From the NCBI RefSeq assembly GCF_001194135.2, contig NC_068988.1, positions 3,090,388 to 3,150,330 on the forward strand: a stretch of DNA of 59,943 nt, given 5' to 3'. The stretch is from Octopus bimaculoides (lineage: Eukaryota). A model generated the notes under the pieces. The model saw only the letters and a program-made list of their open reading frames with translations. It was not told the DNA's origin and searched no databases. The position numbers were made by a program, and so were the translations under genes. This document shows positions 38,052 to 50,934 of the stretch, in pieces; positions within the stretch are counted from its first letter, which is position 1; every line of letters starts with the position of its first letter.

Positions 38052-38460
38052 CTAACTCTTTTGATACCGACATGTATGAGACTGACCTTGGTTCCATGGT
38101 ACAAGCTAATTTATATTCTAATTGTACTTACTTGTAATTATGTGGCATTCATCTGGGATGGGTTGAGTCAGCTCTGACCAACGAGTTCCCCACATCCCTC
38201 ATGAATACTAACTACGTCTGATGAATTTGACAAATGCACCACTGTGAGACCAAGTAGATAAGATAGCACAAATGCTGTAGTCGTAGTTATCATTTGCTGT
38301 TGAGGTGCAGAGTACACATTTGGGGTTTCAGTAGGAGAAGAAGTTCCTCTGTTACATGCAGATTAATAATGACAAATTTATTTTAATAAATTCTTCATTA
38401 TGTTTAGAATTGAAACAAAGGTTGCGTATTTCAACAGAAATGTGGTACCAAAATGGTTAA
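38052..38460. mobile_element. TTAA-type MITE with ~240-bp internal extra segment
   Basis: Left end 38052-38110 and right end 38361-38460 match 34284-34499; the middle is unrelated. Confidence 0.55.
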
Positions 38461-39974
38461 GTCATGTCTAAACAACTAGTTATTTTGTTGAAAGAATGAG
38501 TTAAAGAAGTAGAAAGATAAAGAATTATATTTTGGTAGTGGCACTGATTAAATTGGTATTTATACTTTATATATGTGTTAAATGCTTTTATAATAGCTTA
38601 TCTTTACATTAAACTTAACATTTTATAATTAACCATTTTATATCTAACTAGTATTTTCAGGCTAGCTTGCATAATTTAAGTAAACTAGGATACCTAAGGA
38701 CATATGTAACAGATTAACACAATAGCTGTGAGTTTTAATTATCTTCATTGTTTTATATTCCAAAAATTATTTTGTGTGTATGAAACAAAATATCACATGA
38801 TAATACAAGATGAATTTATGAAAACGTCTTTGCTCTGGGCTGATGTTGTTATAACTTCTACACTTTACTTAGACTTTCTGATTTCTGCTGACAGAATCAT
38901 TCACTTACAATAATCTAATTGCGATTAACGGAAGTCCGAGGGAGATTTCTCTGAAATTATTGGACATATATAAGACACTAGTAAATCTAAAAATCCAATG
39001 TTTGATGACTTGCCATCTTTAATTAGCTAATATTTCAAGTTCTGAAAATGTAAGTGGCTTGTAATTGATCATGATTACACTGCTTGCTTAAAGAACAAAC
39101 TTAACTTACGAGTATCCACAATGAGATTAGTTAAAGAAAATACAGAACATGAGAAAAAGTTTTATTTATTTATATCACAATTTATGATCAATAGTGTGAT
39201 TGGTTCCAGGTTTCCAGTGGACCAATCACTGATTCACTACTTTCTAATGGCAACAATGACAAAGAAATGTGTCACCAAACTTCATTCATAAAGTATTGCT
39301 TTTGATTTTTTCACAGTTGCTCTCATAAATTCTGTTGGCATAAATCAATAAAAAATACGTATACATTTACACACACACATACAAAAGAGAAATGTCTATG
39401 CACAATATCTGTCCACTGAATTCCACTCACAGAGTATTGGCTAACACAAGGCTACCATTGAAGACATGTCTCAAAAGCCCACAGGGGTTCCCAACTTGAG
39501 GTCACATGGTTGCAAAGGGAATTCCTTTATAATACAGCCATTTCTGCACCAAATACTAAGAGAAACAGCCAATAAACAAGCTAAGAACTCTAATTTGAGA
39601 CAAATGAATAGATGAACTGAGGGAAACTCTACTTGGCTATTTTACATCAAAAATAGGAGCCAAATTCCTCTCTAATCATATATTATAGGCTTATAATAAG
39701 GAAGGACACTTTGGATAATACAATGCTAGATACACTATGTCTGTAAAGGAAGATATACAGAAGAATTCTTTATCATAGATCTTCCTAATTAGGACTGTCC
39801 TGTTGTGAAAGCAACAACAATTGGCAGAAATCCAGGGGTAGTATCCTGCAAATAAAATTCCTTTTTCTTTGATTCTAAGGTTTTATATCAAATTCAGATG
39901 ATTTGAAATTTTAATTTTGGCAGCAAATGTTTTACCATCATTTGCACTTTTTAACACTATATTCACTAGTTTTA

Positions 39975-40210
39975 TGTGTGTGTGTGTGTGTGCGTGTGTT
40001 CCTGTCTGTGTTTATCCCCCATCACCACTTGATGACTAGTGTCAGTGTTTACATCCCCGTAACTTAGCAGTTCAGCAAAAGATTCCAACAGAATAAGCAC
40101 TAGGCTTCAGAAAAAATAATAAATCCTGGGGTTGATTTGGTCAACTAAAATTCTTCAAGGTGATGCTCCAGCATGGCCGCAGTCAAATGACGGAAACAAT
40201 TAACAGATAA
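39975..40210 (+). mobile_element. SINE family A, 3' half
   Basis: CCCCGTAACTTAGCAGTTCAGCAAAA..GCTCCAGCATGGCCGCAGTCAAATGAC. Confidence 0.8.
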
Positions 40211-40856
40211 AAGGCCACTGACCACACAAGACACCACCAGTTCCAGCAACAACACAACAGCAGCCAAAATATCCCAAATTAATAAATTAGACAGGTCTAA
40301 GTAAATACATATGGAAGTTGAAATCTAATAAAATAGAATACACCCTTAATTGACTTTTAATATGTATTTTTAACTTTGACCAGTTAATAATAATAACAAT
40401 AAGATAAATAAATAGCCTGAGGACTCACTGGTGGATTTATGTATCAGGTATAGCCTCGATACACACCCCACCAGCACAAAAACACATGTAGCATTGATTA
40501 CAAACACGTTCTTTCCCCACAGACTAATAACAGGTATGTTTTATATATATATATATATATATATNNNNNNNNNNNNNNNNNNNNNNNNNNNNNNNNNNNN
40601 NNNNNNNNNNNNNNNNNNNNNNNNNNNNNNNNNNNNNNNNNNNNNNNNNNNNNNNNNNNNNNNNNNNNNNNNNNNNNNNNNNNNNNNNNNNNNNNNNNNN
40701 NNNNNNNNNNNNNNNNNNNNNNNNNNNNNNNNNNNNNNNNNNNNNNNNNNNNNNNNNNNNNNNNNNNNNNNNNNNNNNNNNNNNNNNNNNNNNNNNNNNN
40801 NNNNNNNNNNNNNNNNNNNNNNNNNNNNATATATATATATATATATATATATAAAG

Positions 40857-41140
40857 GCACGTGGCCTAATGGCTAAGATGTTATACTCACAATTGCTTAT
40901 TGTGAGTTCTATTCCTGGACTGAGCAACATGCTGTTCTCTTGAGCAAACCATTTAATTTCACCTCGGTCCAGTCCGCTTGGCTGTAAATGTATAATCCCC
41001 ACCATAGAATAGCCTTCCAATTGGGGAAATGTTGGCCTTGTTGCCCAGCCAGTGGAGTGGCATCTTTTGAAAGCTAAAATGATGCAAAGCGCATTGTGAC
41101 CAGCGGTGTACAATGACATCTAATAGTCTGGTCAGTCATA
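40857..41140 (+). mobile_element. SINE family C, near full length
   Basis: GGCACGTGGCCTAATGGCTAAG (A box), GAGTTCTATTCC (B box), GTTCTCTTGAGCAAACC, tail GCAAAGCGCATTGTGACCAGCG. Confidence 0.75.
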
Positions 41141-43666
41141 TGCTATATAATATGTACTGCATTTACTTATAAGTTGTGAGACTGATTTCTCAGTTAAAAT
41201 CAAGTATAAAGTAATGCATCTTATACAAAAGTGTGTGTCTGTGTATGTGTATAGATGTGTGTGTGGATGTGTGTGTGTAATTATAGACACACACACACAA
41301 ATAGAGGTAAAGTAAAGAGAGAGAAATAATAGTAAGTGAGAGAATATGGCTAAAGGTACAGTTGAATGTCTTTAGTAAGATTTAAACTTATGACCTTACA
41401 GAAAATTTCCTTATTGCAAGGAGTCTATTAGCTTGAACTCACAATTATTTCCCATTTTCTCTTCTTTTGTTAAATTATTCTTGACCATAAAGCACCAAAA
41501 CCACAGAAATTATAGGGTGCCAGACTTGAAAAAAATCCTGCCTGTGTTTAGTTTCTGCATTCTGATGTTCTAAGTAATTATTCTGTTTCAGTCAACTTTG
41601 ATTTGTTTCTGGAATTGATAGAATAAGTATCAGATGTAAAAGGTCAATTCAATTGAGCAATCCTGTCTCTTGTAAATTGGTGGAATTCTTTCAATGACAG
41701 GAATCTATTGTTCAGATTTGTTTCTTATCTAACATCTCTATTGAAAAATATTTGTTTTATTGTGATTAATGAAGAATCATTTGGTGAAAGAAGTTCTGCT
41801 TGTGATATCTGTTTGTAGAATTTTATTATTTTCTTGGTTTCCTTAAAGATTCGTTTATAGTTATCAGTAAAAATTAGTCTTGGAGAATCCTGAAATTATT
41901 TGTTTCAAAAGTTTTAAGATATTAAAAGTTTGAAAATCTGAAATTATACAAGTTTCTTCCAGGATGGGCACAGACTGGAGATGTATTTATAATATATTAC
42001 TGAGGCAAAGTGGTTGTAGATTATTTTTAACTCGGTAGAGCCAACATGGTATAGTCTTCCTCCTTTTCTTATCTATGGTGAATGGAATGAGTAAACTTTC
42101 AGAAGAGAAGTATTTAATGAAGGTTCCTGTAAAATGTGTGGCGTTTTCTTTTGACAAACTAACATATTAGAACTGCTATTCTGTTGCCCATCATAACTAC
42201 TGGAAATTAAAACCTCATCACTGTTTCTGCTTACCAGAGCTTACCATTTTCTCCACAGTATTTGCTATAATTAAGGTGAATATTATATCTTTAATGCAGT
42301 TATCTTTATGAATGATACAGCGTCATATGAATCATGAACAGCAAAGGCTGAGAACTCACTGTAAATGAAACCAATAAGTTTAGACAATATGATCCCAGCT
42401 GGAAATTTAAATGAGACTCTGGTTACTGTAAAATTACTTGGGAGATATAATATAGTTGGGACATCTTAATGTATATCGTACTTATTGAAGCATTATACAC
42501 TATAAGAGAGATTTAGAATATTTGATTCAACACATTCAACAGTATTGGAATACATAGAAACAGATGGTTGTATACTGCTTATTTACAAAGATACAAATCT
42601 TTTCATAACCAAATAAAACATTTCTATCGGCATGTTTGGGATTTTTTACTTCTTAGAAATGGTAAAGTCTTGATCACAGGTGATCCTTGTTTACATTGAA
42701 ATGAAATACACCTAGAAATAAAATGCAATGCAATATTACCTCAAAGAAATAGAACTGATATGGTTTTTCTATTTTTCTTTTCTTTTAAACCTACAATATA
42801 TAATCAAATTAACCTGCCTGAAGAAAAGCTTAACATGTTTTACTCAGGAAATTTTGTTTTCTACTTGATATATGCATAATATGTTCTTACGCTGGAATAT
42901 TTTTTATTATAATCTCCACAGATATGAAGCTTTTGTGAAAGATGAATTCTTTTTATGAGTTGTTTAATCCCTTGAAGCAGAAGATAATACAACATGTTCT
43001 GAGGGATCAAAATTCTTAAATGATAGAAATGTAAATTAAAATAAACAAATTATATATATATATATGTTTTTATAAATTGAGTTATTGCAGGGGGAAGATG
43101 TGTAATGGGGATTAAATAAATAAACAACAATGATAGTGATTTATAGTTGACTGTAATCACTGAAAAATAAACCTGAGGACAAAGTCTTGCTATGAAGAAC
43201 CGGATAATTCTTTCAAAAGTAGGTTTAATAAAGAAGAAAGCAGTAGAAGAGACTAACACGAGTGGAACTATTGAGTTGATAAGCCAAAATTTAGCTGTAA
43301 GAAAATATGTGAACAATAAATACTAAAAGTATGGCAAAATTCTGAAGGATATTAAATCTTTAGTAGCAGAAATAGGGAGATTAAGGTGAAGAGTCTTTAA
43401 GAGAAATAGAAATATTACATATTTATTTATCAAATTTTGCTGAGTAAAATCATGAGAATCTGTTCCTATCTATAATAATATTCCAATTTACATAAAGGCA
43501 AAACATTTTACATTTAACTTCGAAAAGGTGTTGTTTGGATTCCATAGCTTGTGAAATCAGTAATTACTAAATAAAAGAACTTTTAATTCATTCAGATATT
43601 CAAATTTACAAAAACTGCCAAACTTTATCAACTGGTAGAATTAAAAAATAAAGCTAAATATCTAAA

Positions 43667-44725
43667 GTAGGCGCAGGAGTGCCTGTGTGGTAGGTAGCTT
43701 GCTTACCAGCCACAGGATTCTGGGTTCCGTCCCACTGCATGGCACCTTGGGCAAGTGTCTTCTACTATAGCCTCGGGCCGACCAAGGCCTTGTGAGTGGA
43801 TTTGGTAGACGGAAACTGAAAGAAGGCCGTCGTATATATGTACATATATATATATATATATATANNNNNNNNNNNNNNNNNNNNNNNNNNNNNNNNNNNN
43901 NNNNNNNNNNNNNNNNNNNNNNNNNNNNNNNNNNNNNNNNNNNNNNNNNNNNNNNNNNNNNNNNNNNNNNNNNNNNNNNNNNNNNNNNNNNNNNNNNNNN
44001 NNNNNNNNNNNNNNNNNNNNNNNNNNNNNNNNNNNNNNNNNNNNNNNNNNNNNNNNNNNNNNNNNNNNNNNNNNNNNNNNNNNNNNNNNNNNNNNNNNNN
44101 NNNNNNNNNNNNNNNNNNNNNNNNNNNNNNNNNNNNNNNNNNNNNNNNNNNNNNNNNNNNNNNNNNNNNNNNNNNNNNNNNNNNNNNNNNNNNNNNNNNN
44201 NNNNNNNNNNNNNNNNNNNNNNNNNNNNNNNNNNNNNNNNNNNNNNNNNNNNNNNNNNNNNNNNNNNNNNNNNNNNNNNNNNNNNNNNNNNNNNNNNNNN
44301 NNNNNNNNNNNNNNNNNNNNNNNNNNNNNNNNNNNNNNNNNNNNNNNNNNNNNNNNNNNNNNNNNNNNNNNNNNNNNNNNNNNNNNNNNNNNNNNNNNNN
44401 NNNNNNNNNNNNNNNNNNNNNNNNNNNNNNNNNNNNNNNNNNNNNNNNNNNNNNNNNNNNNNNNNNNNNNNNNNNNNNNNNNNNTATATATATATATGTA
44501 TATATATATATGTGTGTGTGTGTCTGTGTTTGTCGCCCCACCATCGCTTGACAATCGATGCTGGTGTGTTTACGTCCCCAAAACTTAGCAGTTTGGCAGA
44601 AAGAGACCGATAGAATAAGTACTAGGCTTACAAAGAATAAGTCCTGGGGTCGATTAGCTCGATTAAAGGCGGTGCTCTAGCATGGCTGCAGTCAAATGAT
44701 TGAAACAAGTAAAAGAGTAAAGAGT
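43667..44725 (+). mobile_element. SINE family A, young full-length copy; internal (TA)n gap
   Basis: CpG-intact head and body on both sides of gap 43865-44484; tail GAAACAAGTAAAAGAGTAAAGAGTAA. Confidence 0.9.
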
Positions 44726-44819
44726 AATGCCTTCAGCAAGACACCTGCTTCTGTCTCTCTATCATGATTTCTTATCCTTCAATGCTGTACCTCAGTCATG
44801 CGAAGGGTCATGTTTTGCA

Positions 44820-45012
44820 GATACCGGGTGACCTCACCAGTACTGGTGCCATGGAAAAAGCACCCAATATACCCTGAAGTGGTCGGTGTTAGAAACCCTG
44901 CCAAGACAGACATTGAAACTTGGTGCTGTCGTCTGGCTTGTCTGTTCATGTTAAACCATCCAACTAAAACCAACGTGGAGAACAGAGATTAAATGATGAT
45001 GATGATAATGAT
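44820..45012 (+). mobile_element. RTE 3' UTR/tail, decayed
   Basis: ACTGGTGCCATGGAAAAAGCACCC..GTGTTAGAAACCCTGCC..TTAAAT(GAT)n. Confidence 0.65.
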
Positions 45013-46614
45013 GGTGTAAAATAATCTCATAAAAATCTAGCAGAAAAAATTTCTTCTACAATCCTCAAGATACAATATCATATAAAGGTGACGGTGACTT
45101 CTAGTTTTTATAAGTTTGTACTGGAACCAGGAGATATCTCCTGCCTGAAAGTGAATTTAAAACAGTTATAGGCTTAACTCTATAAAAGATCAGCTACATT
45201 CAATAAACTCCAAAAAGTGATATGAAATTAAGAAACCAGCTTAAAACTTTACAAAACGTTTTATTATGTATTCGTGGACTACACTTCCATTGCTATAGTT
45301 GCAGATTGTATAACAGTCTCTCTGAAATAACAGTCTACAATTCTCTACCAATGTTATTCCTGATAGACTGGTTTGCTGTCTAAAAGTAAGTTATTTATAT
45401 ATATATTATCACTGTAATATATATATATATATANNNNNNNNNNACGAACCACCACTCTACAACTCAGAACCCGTCCAAATCCATGCTGCAAGGCATATAC
45501 CATCTTAATATATCTATGATTTTAATCTAAAAATTTAAATATTACATGAATAAATCATATAAATAAATCATACAAATATTAATTTAAAAAATTTTTAAAG
45601 TCAAATTTATAAATTGGACAGTAAAAATTTATACGATAATATACAGTATGAAAGTATAAATGTAAAAGGTTAGTGCTAGTACATAGACTACGCGAGTTCA
45701 TGGCTGAAATAGGACTATATTAAATCATAAGCAAATTCTATCCGTGTTCATTAGAACGGGGAAATGGTTTTACTCCCAAAATCAGTCACTTTTCAGGTCA
45801 AATCCCTAACAAAATACCTGAAATCATTCATGGAATAAACATAAACATGAGAAATAAAAAAAATATATAAAGAGACAAATTCTGTAAACTAATCCCTACA
45901 TTAACGGTATTAATATAATTTTTAAGAGTTACAATCTAAAAATATTATAGTATTATAGTAAACAAGGTTAAAACATTATGGAATAAGTAGATAATAGTAA
46001 AAAAATGTGTTAGTGCACAAAGTTACTAAAAGACGGATGTCAATATTATTTATAAAATTAAAAGAAGAAAATATGACTTATTTGCCGGCTGGTAACTGGA
46101 AATTAAAACAAAATGGCCGTACTATAGAATTTATACTAAAAGGTCACGTGGTAAATATGGCGTCTATTACCCAGAAGTCCGTGCGTATTATAATTACTAA
46201 AATAATAACGAAAATATCGAAAAAGAAAATCTACCTAAAATAAAGAGTGTATTGAAGATTAATAATACTAAAATACTTAAAACTCTCAGATTTACGCAGA
46301 ATAATAACTATCCCAAATACGAAAGTTATATATTACTTAAATAACGTTATGAAACATTGTTAAAGACTGCTCATATTATCGTTGAATACTTAAAGTAAAG
46401 ATAGTTTTATGTTCTAATTTTGTATAATAATGTGATGATTAAAGTGTATTCTAAAGCTAATTTGATGTATTTTACGCTACTGATCATAACTATAAGTTGG
46501 TACCTAATCCTAGGTTTAAATAAAGAAATTAGTTATCTAAACTTATTATATAAGTAATTTAAATCTGCATTTAATATTACGTTCATCGTGGGAGTTAATC
46601 AATTTTTTATTAGT

Positions 46615-47222
46615 CCTCGGAGCTTTCTAGAAAGAAATTCGCGCCCTCTCCTCGGAACCTTCCAGGAAGTAATTCTCCCCTCTTCGGAACTTTCTAGGAA
46701 GTAACGCCCCTCCTCGGAACTTTCCAGGAAGTAGTTCATCCTCGGAACATTCCAGGTAGACTTAGGAACTTTCCAGAAGTTATTCATCCTCGGAACTTTC
46801 CAGGAAGTACCATCCTCTGAAATTTCCAGAAAGTAGTTCATCCTCGGAGCTTACCAGGAAGACCTCGGAACTCTCCAGGAAGTGGCATCCTAGGAACTTC
46901 CCAGGAAATAATTCCTTACCTCTTCCCCTTCCTCGGAACTTTCCAGGAAGTAATTCCACCCCGTCATCGAAACTTTCCAGGATGTAATTCTTCCCCTCCT
47001 CCCCTTCCTTCGAACTTTCCAGAAAGTAATTAACCCATCTCTCCTCGGAACTTTCCAGAAAATAATTCCTCCCCTTCCTTTCAATTTTTCAGGAAGTAAT
47101 TCCTCCCCTCCTCGGAACTTTCCAGGAAGTAATTCCTCCCCTTCCTTTCAACTTTCCAGGAAGTAATTCCTCCTCGGAACTTTCCAGGAAGTAATTCCTC
47201 CCTCTGCTCGGAAATTTCCATA
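46615..47222. repeat. ~20-unit minisatellite, core CCTCGGAACTTTCCAGGAAGTAATT, units about 21-43 bp
   Basis: Units counted by eye; the core is conserved and the C/T-rich spacers vary. Confidence 0.9.
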
Positions 47223-48343
47223 GCAACCAAATCTCCCTACTGTATTAATGCAACAATTCTGCGTATTATGTAGATTGAATGAGAAACTGTAAGGTGTGTG
47301 AGCAACTGGTTATGTTAATGGTCGAAGAAAGGGGAATTGCATTAGAAAAAAGTTTTAATCTCTGTTCTTGGTAAGTATGGAGGCTAGGAAAAAATAGAAG
47401 TGGCATTAAGAAGTTGACGTTAAGAATTGCTGTCACAGAAATTGAAGCTGTAATAATTAACGGGCAAATTGTATGTAAGTATTAATAGCAGACGTATCCA
47501 ATTTAAGAAAAGTGAAGATAAAAGCTAAGTGAAGAAGTATGGAATAAGTAATTGTTATACGCTTATAGGAAAACAATTTATATTATAGAATAGATACATA
47601 CTTGTTGAAGACGAAAATGTATGTGAGAGCTATTGTATTGGACATGTGTAAAATCATAGAGAAAGTGAAAGACATATGAAATGGATGTGTGTGTGTGTGT
47701 GTATGTGTGCGTGTGTTTTTTGCGGCTAATTTGGCAGGAGTTTTGCAGTCAGAAGGAGATGGTTTGTGCTTTATCTCTCGATCAATGGCCGCACAAGTGA
47801 AGATATTCTGTTAATATGTGTTTTGGGGAAGGGATCTTTTGAAGTGGGTGCCAAATGGAAAGAGACATGGACAGTTTTATGACTGAACTTCTTTTGAAGT
47901 TGGTGTGAGATGGAAGAATTGATGTGCGTGCATATGTCTGTGTGTTTGTGTGTGTGTGTGTGTGCTTGATGAGGTGTGCGAGACAGAGAGAGTAATGTTG
48001 ATGGTGTGTGTGTATATGAGAGAGAGATAACTGAAATTTTTTATTCAGTTTTTGTAGTGAGTGATTGACAGAGAAAAACGGAGAGAGAGAGTGAGAGTAA
48101 GTATGTATGTATGTATATATAAATGGCTTCAGTGACACACACTCACATACACAGATGCACGCAGGTTGTTTTAATCGATTTTCTTGGTAACTATGGGGTC
48201 TAGGAAAAAATATAAAGCGTGTTCCAATCGATGCATCCATCTCCACGTGTGTGTCATGTTTCACGCGAATTCACCCAGCCGTTTGGCCGTAAACCTCAAG
48301 ACAAGAAAGAATACAACGGTCGCCCAAGTCCAATTTATATTAT

Positions 48344-48389
<46 letters not shown>

Positions 48390-48391
48390 GT

Positions 48392-48454
<63 letters not shown>

Positions 48455-48660
48455 TGTATGTATCTTTGTTTGTTCCTCATCCCTACTTGACAACTGGAGT
48501 TGATGTGTTTAGATCCCCATAACTTAGCAGTTTTTAAAAAGAAACTGATAGAATAAGTATCAGGCTGAAACAGAAATAAGTCCTGGAGTTAATTCATTCA
48601 ACTAAAAATTCACCAAGGTGGTGCTCCAGTATGGCTGAAACAAGTAAATGGTAAAAGATT
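48455..48660 (+). mobile_element. SINE family A, 3' half, decayed
   Basis: CCCCATAACTTAGCAG..GATAGAATAAGTATCAGGCT..GTGCTCCAGTATGGC. Confidence 0.7.
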
Positions 48661-49458
48661 AAAGATAGCGATTCTCTCAATTTTGCATATATTCAACTTG
48701 CTTCACAGAATTATTAAGAACATAATCAAAGAAATAATTGACACCTTAGTTAACTACTACAGCTCCTGTCTTGCCTTTGTTTGCATATCTGCACCAACTA
48801 TTGATTATATGAGAGGACAGAAGAGGAACAAATGTGAATTGAGACTGGTGGTTGCTCTGTATCATATGAAATAAAAATGTATTGTTGTCGGGGAATTGCT
48901 TCAATGTTTCTTTTGACAGAATTTGCATAATTTTTCAGCTTAACTTTCCATATGTGTGTGTGTGTGTGTGAATGCACATATATGTAATGTAAGATTGTAT
49001 TTAGTGAAACCTCGGTGTGTTCCTTATGCAGCACTCAGTATGAATCCCTGGGTATCTACACATGAAAACTTGTGTTTAATGAAATTTACTGGTGCAGGAA
49101 ATTCAGGTGTCTTTTACTGAAAGAATGGTTTGGTATGTATTTTTGTAGAGTAACATAGGAGATGAAGATATCAGTATAGCATACATTTAATATTGGTAAG
49201 AATTGTTTTGGTATTATCCTGCTCTGACCTATATTACGCAGTTATGTGTGATACACAAGACTTGTATGACTATTCATTATTGAATAAAATTGTGTCAAAC
49301 TGATATCATCATCTTTATATATACACATATGTGTGTGTGTATGGATGTATAAATAAATAATTAAATAACTAAATAAATGAATAAACCAGCCAGTTAATAC
49401 CAGCATGGACAACGGATGGTAAAAAACGATGATGATGATATATCCATACATATACATA

Positions 49459-49495
<37 letters not shown>

Positions 49496-50579
49496 NNNNN
49501 NNNNNNNNNNNNNNNNNNNNNNNNNNNNNNNNNNNNNNNNNNNNNNNNNNNNNNNNNNNNNNNNNNNNNNNNNNNNNNNNNNNNNNNNNNNNNNNNNNNN
49601 NNNNNNNNNNNNNNNNNNNNNNNNNNNNNNNNNNNNNNNNNNNNNNNNNNNNNNNNNNNNNNNNNNNNNNNNNNNNNNNNNNNNNNNNNNNNNNNNNNNN
49701 NNNNNNNNNNNNNNNNNNNNNNNNNNNNNNNNNNNNNNNNNNNNNNNNNNNNNNNNNNNNNNNNNNNNNNNNNNNNNNNNNNNNNNNNNNNNNNNNNNNN
49801 NNNNNNNNNNNNNNNNNNNNNNNNNNNNNNNNNNNNNNNNNNNNNNNNNNNNNNNNNNNNNNNNNNNNNNNNNNNNNNNNNNNNNNNNNNNNNNNNNNNN
49901 NNNNNNNNNNNNNNNNNNNNNNNNNNNNNNNNNNNNNNNNNNNNNNNNNNNNNNNNNNNNNNNNNNNNNNNNNNNNNNNNNNNNNNNNNNNNNNNNNNNN
50001 NNNNNNNNNNNNNNNNNNNNNNNNNNNNNNNNNNNNNNNNNNNNNNNNNNNNNNNNNNNNNNNNNNNNNNNNNNNNNNNNNNNNNNNNNNNNNNNNNNNN
50101 NNNNNNNNNNNGTTTGAAGACATTTGTAACTGAAGTTTAAAAAAACATAGTAATTAGAAAGAGCGTAAGCTATAGCTTTTTTTTTTTAATGCACAAAAAA
50201 TTGAAATTATTTTTTTTCTGTGCCTCTGATTAAAATTTTCGAAAAACAAACCCAGCCACATTACTTGGAAAAAAATAATCTTTATTGTGCTGGATTTTCG
50301 TAAAATTTTGCGCATGGGAAAGGCAACAAAATCGCCCCTCCCCACTTTGAATGGGATATTCCTATCTTAAAAAGTAATAATCGATTATCTTAGTAACCAT
50401 GGGAGTTTGAGGTCAATAAAAATCTCCTGAACATGAGTGGACCATGCTGCCGCTCTGTGCTGAATTTCACGCGATTCCACTGCACCATTCTCGAGTGAAT
50501 CTGCCGACACTCAATCAATCAATCAATCAATGAAGCAATCAAGAACACTGCAATTTATAGTATATATATATGTATGTAT

Positions 50580-50690
50580 GTCATTATTCGGTTTATTTCA
50601 AGATTTCTTGCCAATAGAGAAAGAGTCAGTTTCTAACCTACATTCAAGGCTCCCTCATTGGAATTTCAACATCAACAACAGGGTATTTTT
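50580..50690 (+). mobile_element. ~110-bp interspersed element embedded in (TATG)n, copy 1
   Basis: Near-identical to 56791-56901. Confidence 0.8.
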
Positions 50691-50934
50691 GTATGTATGT
50701 ATGTATGTGTGTGCATAAGTATGCATGTATGCATGCATGTTTGGATGTATGTTTGTATGTATGTATATGCATATATGTATGAGGTAGCCCTGCTCAGTTT
50801 GCAAGGAGGGTGTTTGTAGAATGTCTATGCATTGTACCCAGTGCAAGCTTTGTACATGTAAGAGGTGAGAAAATAGTCTTTGTGTGTGGTAAATGTGTGG
50901 TCACAATATGCACTAAAAATACAGAAGACGATAG

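Noticed and set aside
46007-46243. 78-aa ORF MLVHKVTKRR.. as a small gene
   Set aside because: No recognisable motif; it overlaps the longer frame-1 signal and may be its shadow
46615-47222. CRISPR-like array (conserved core with variable spacers)
   Set aside because: Spacers are short, C/T-rich and related to each other; eukaryotic context and no cas genes
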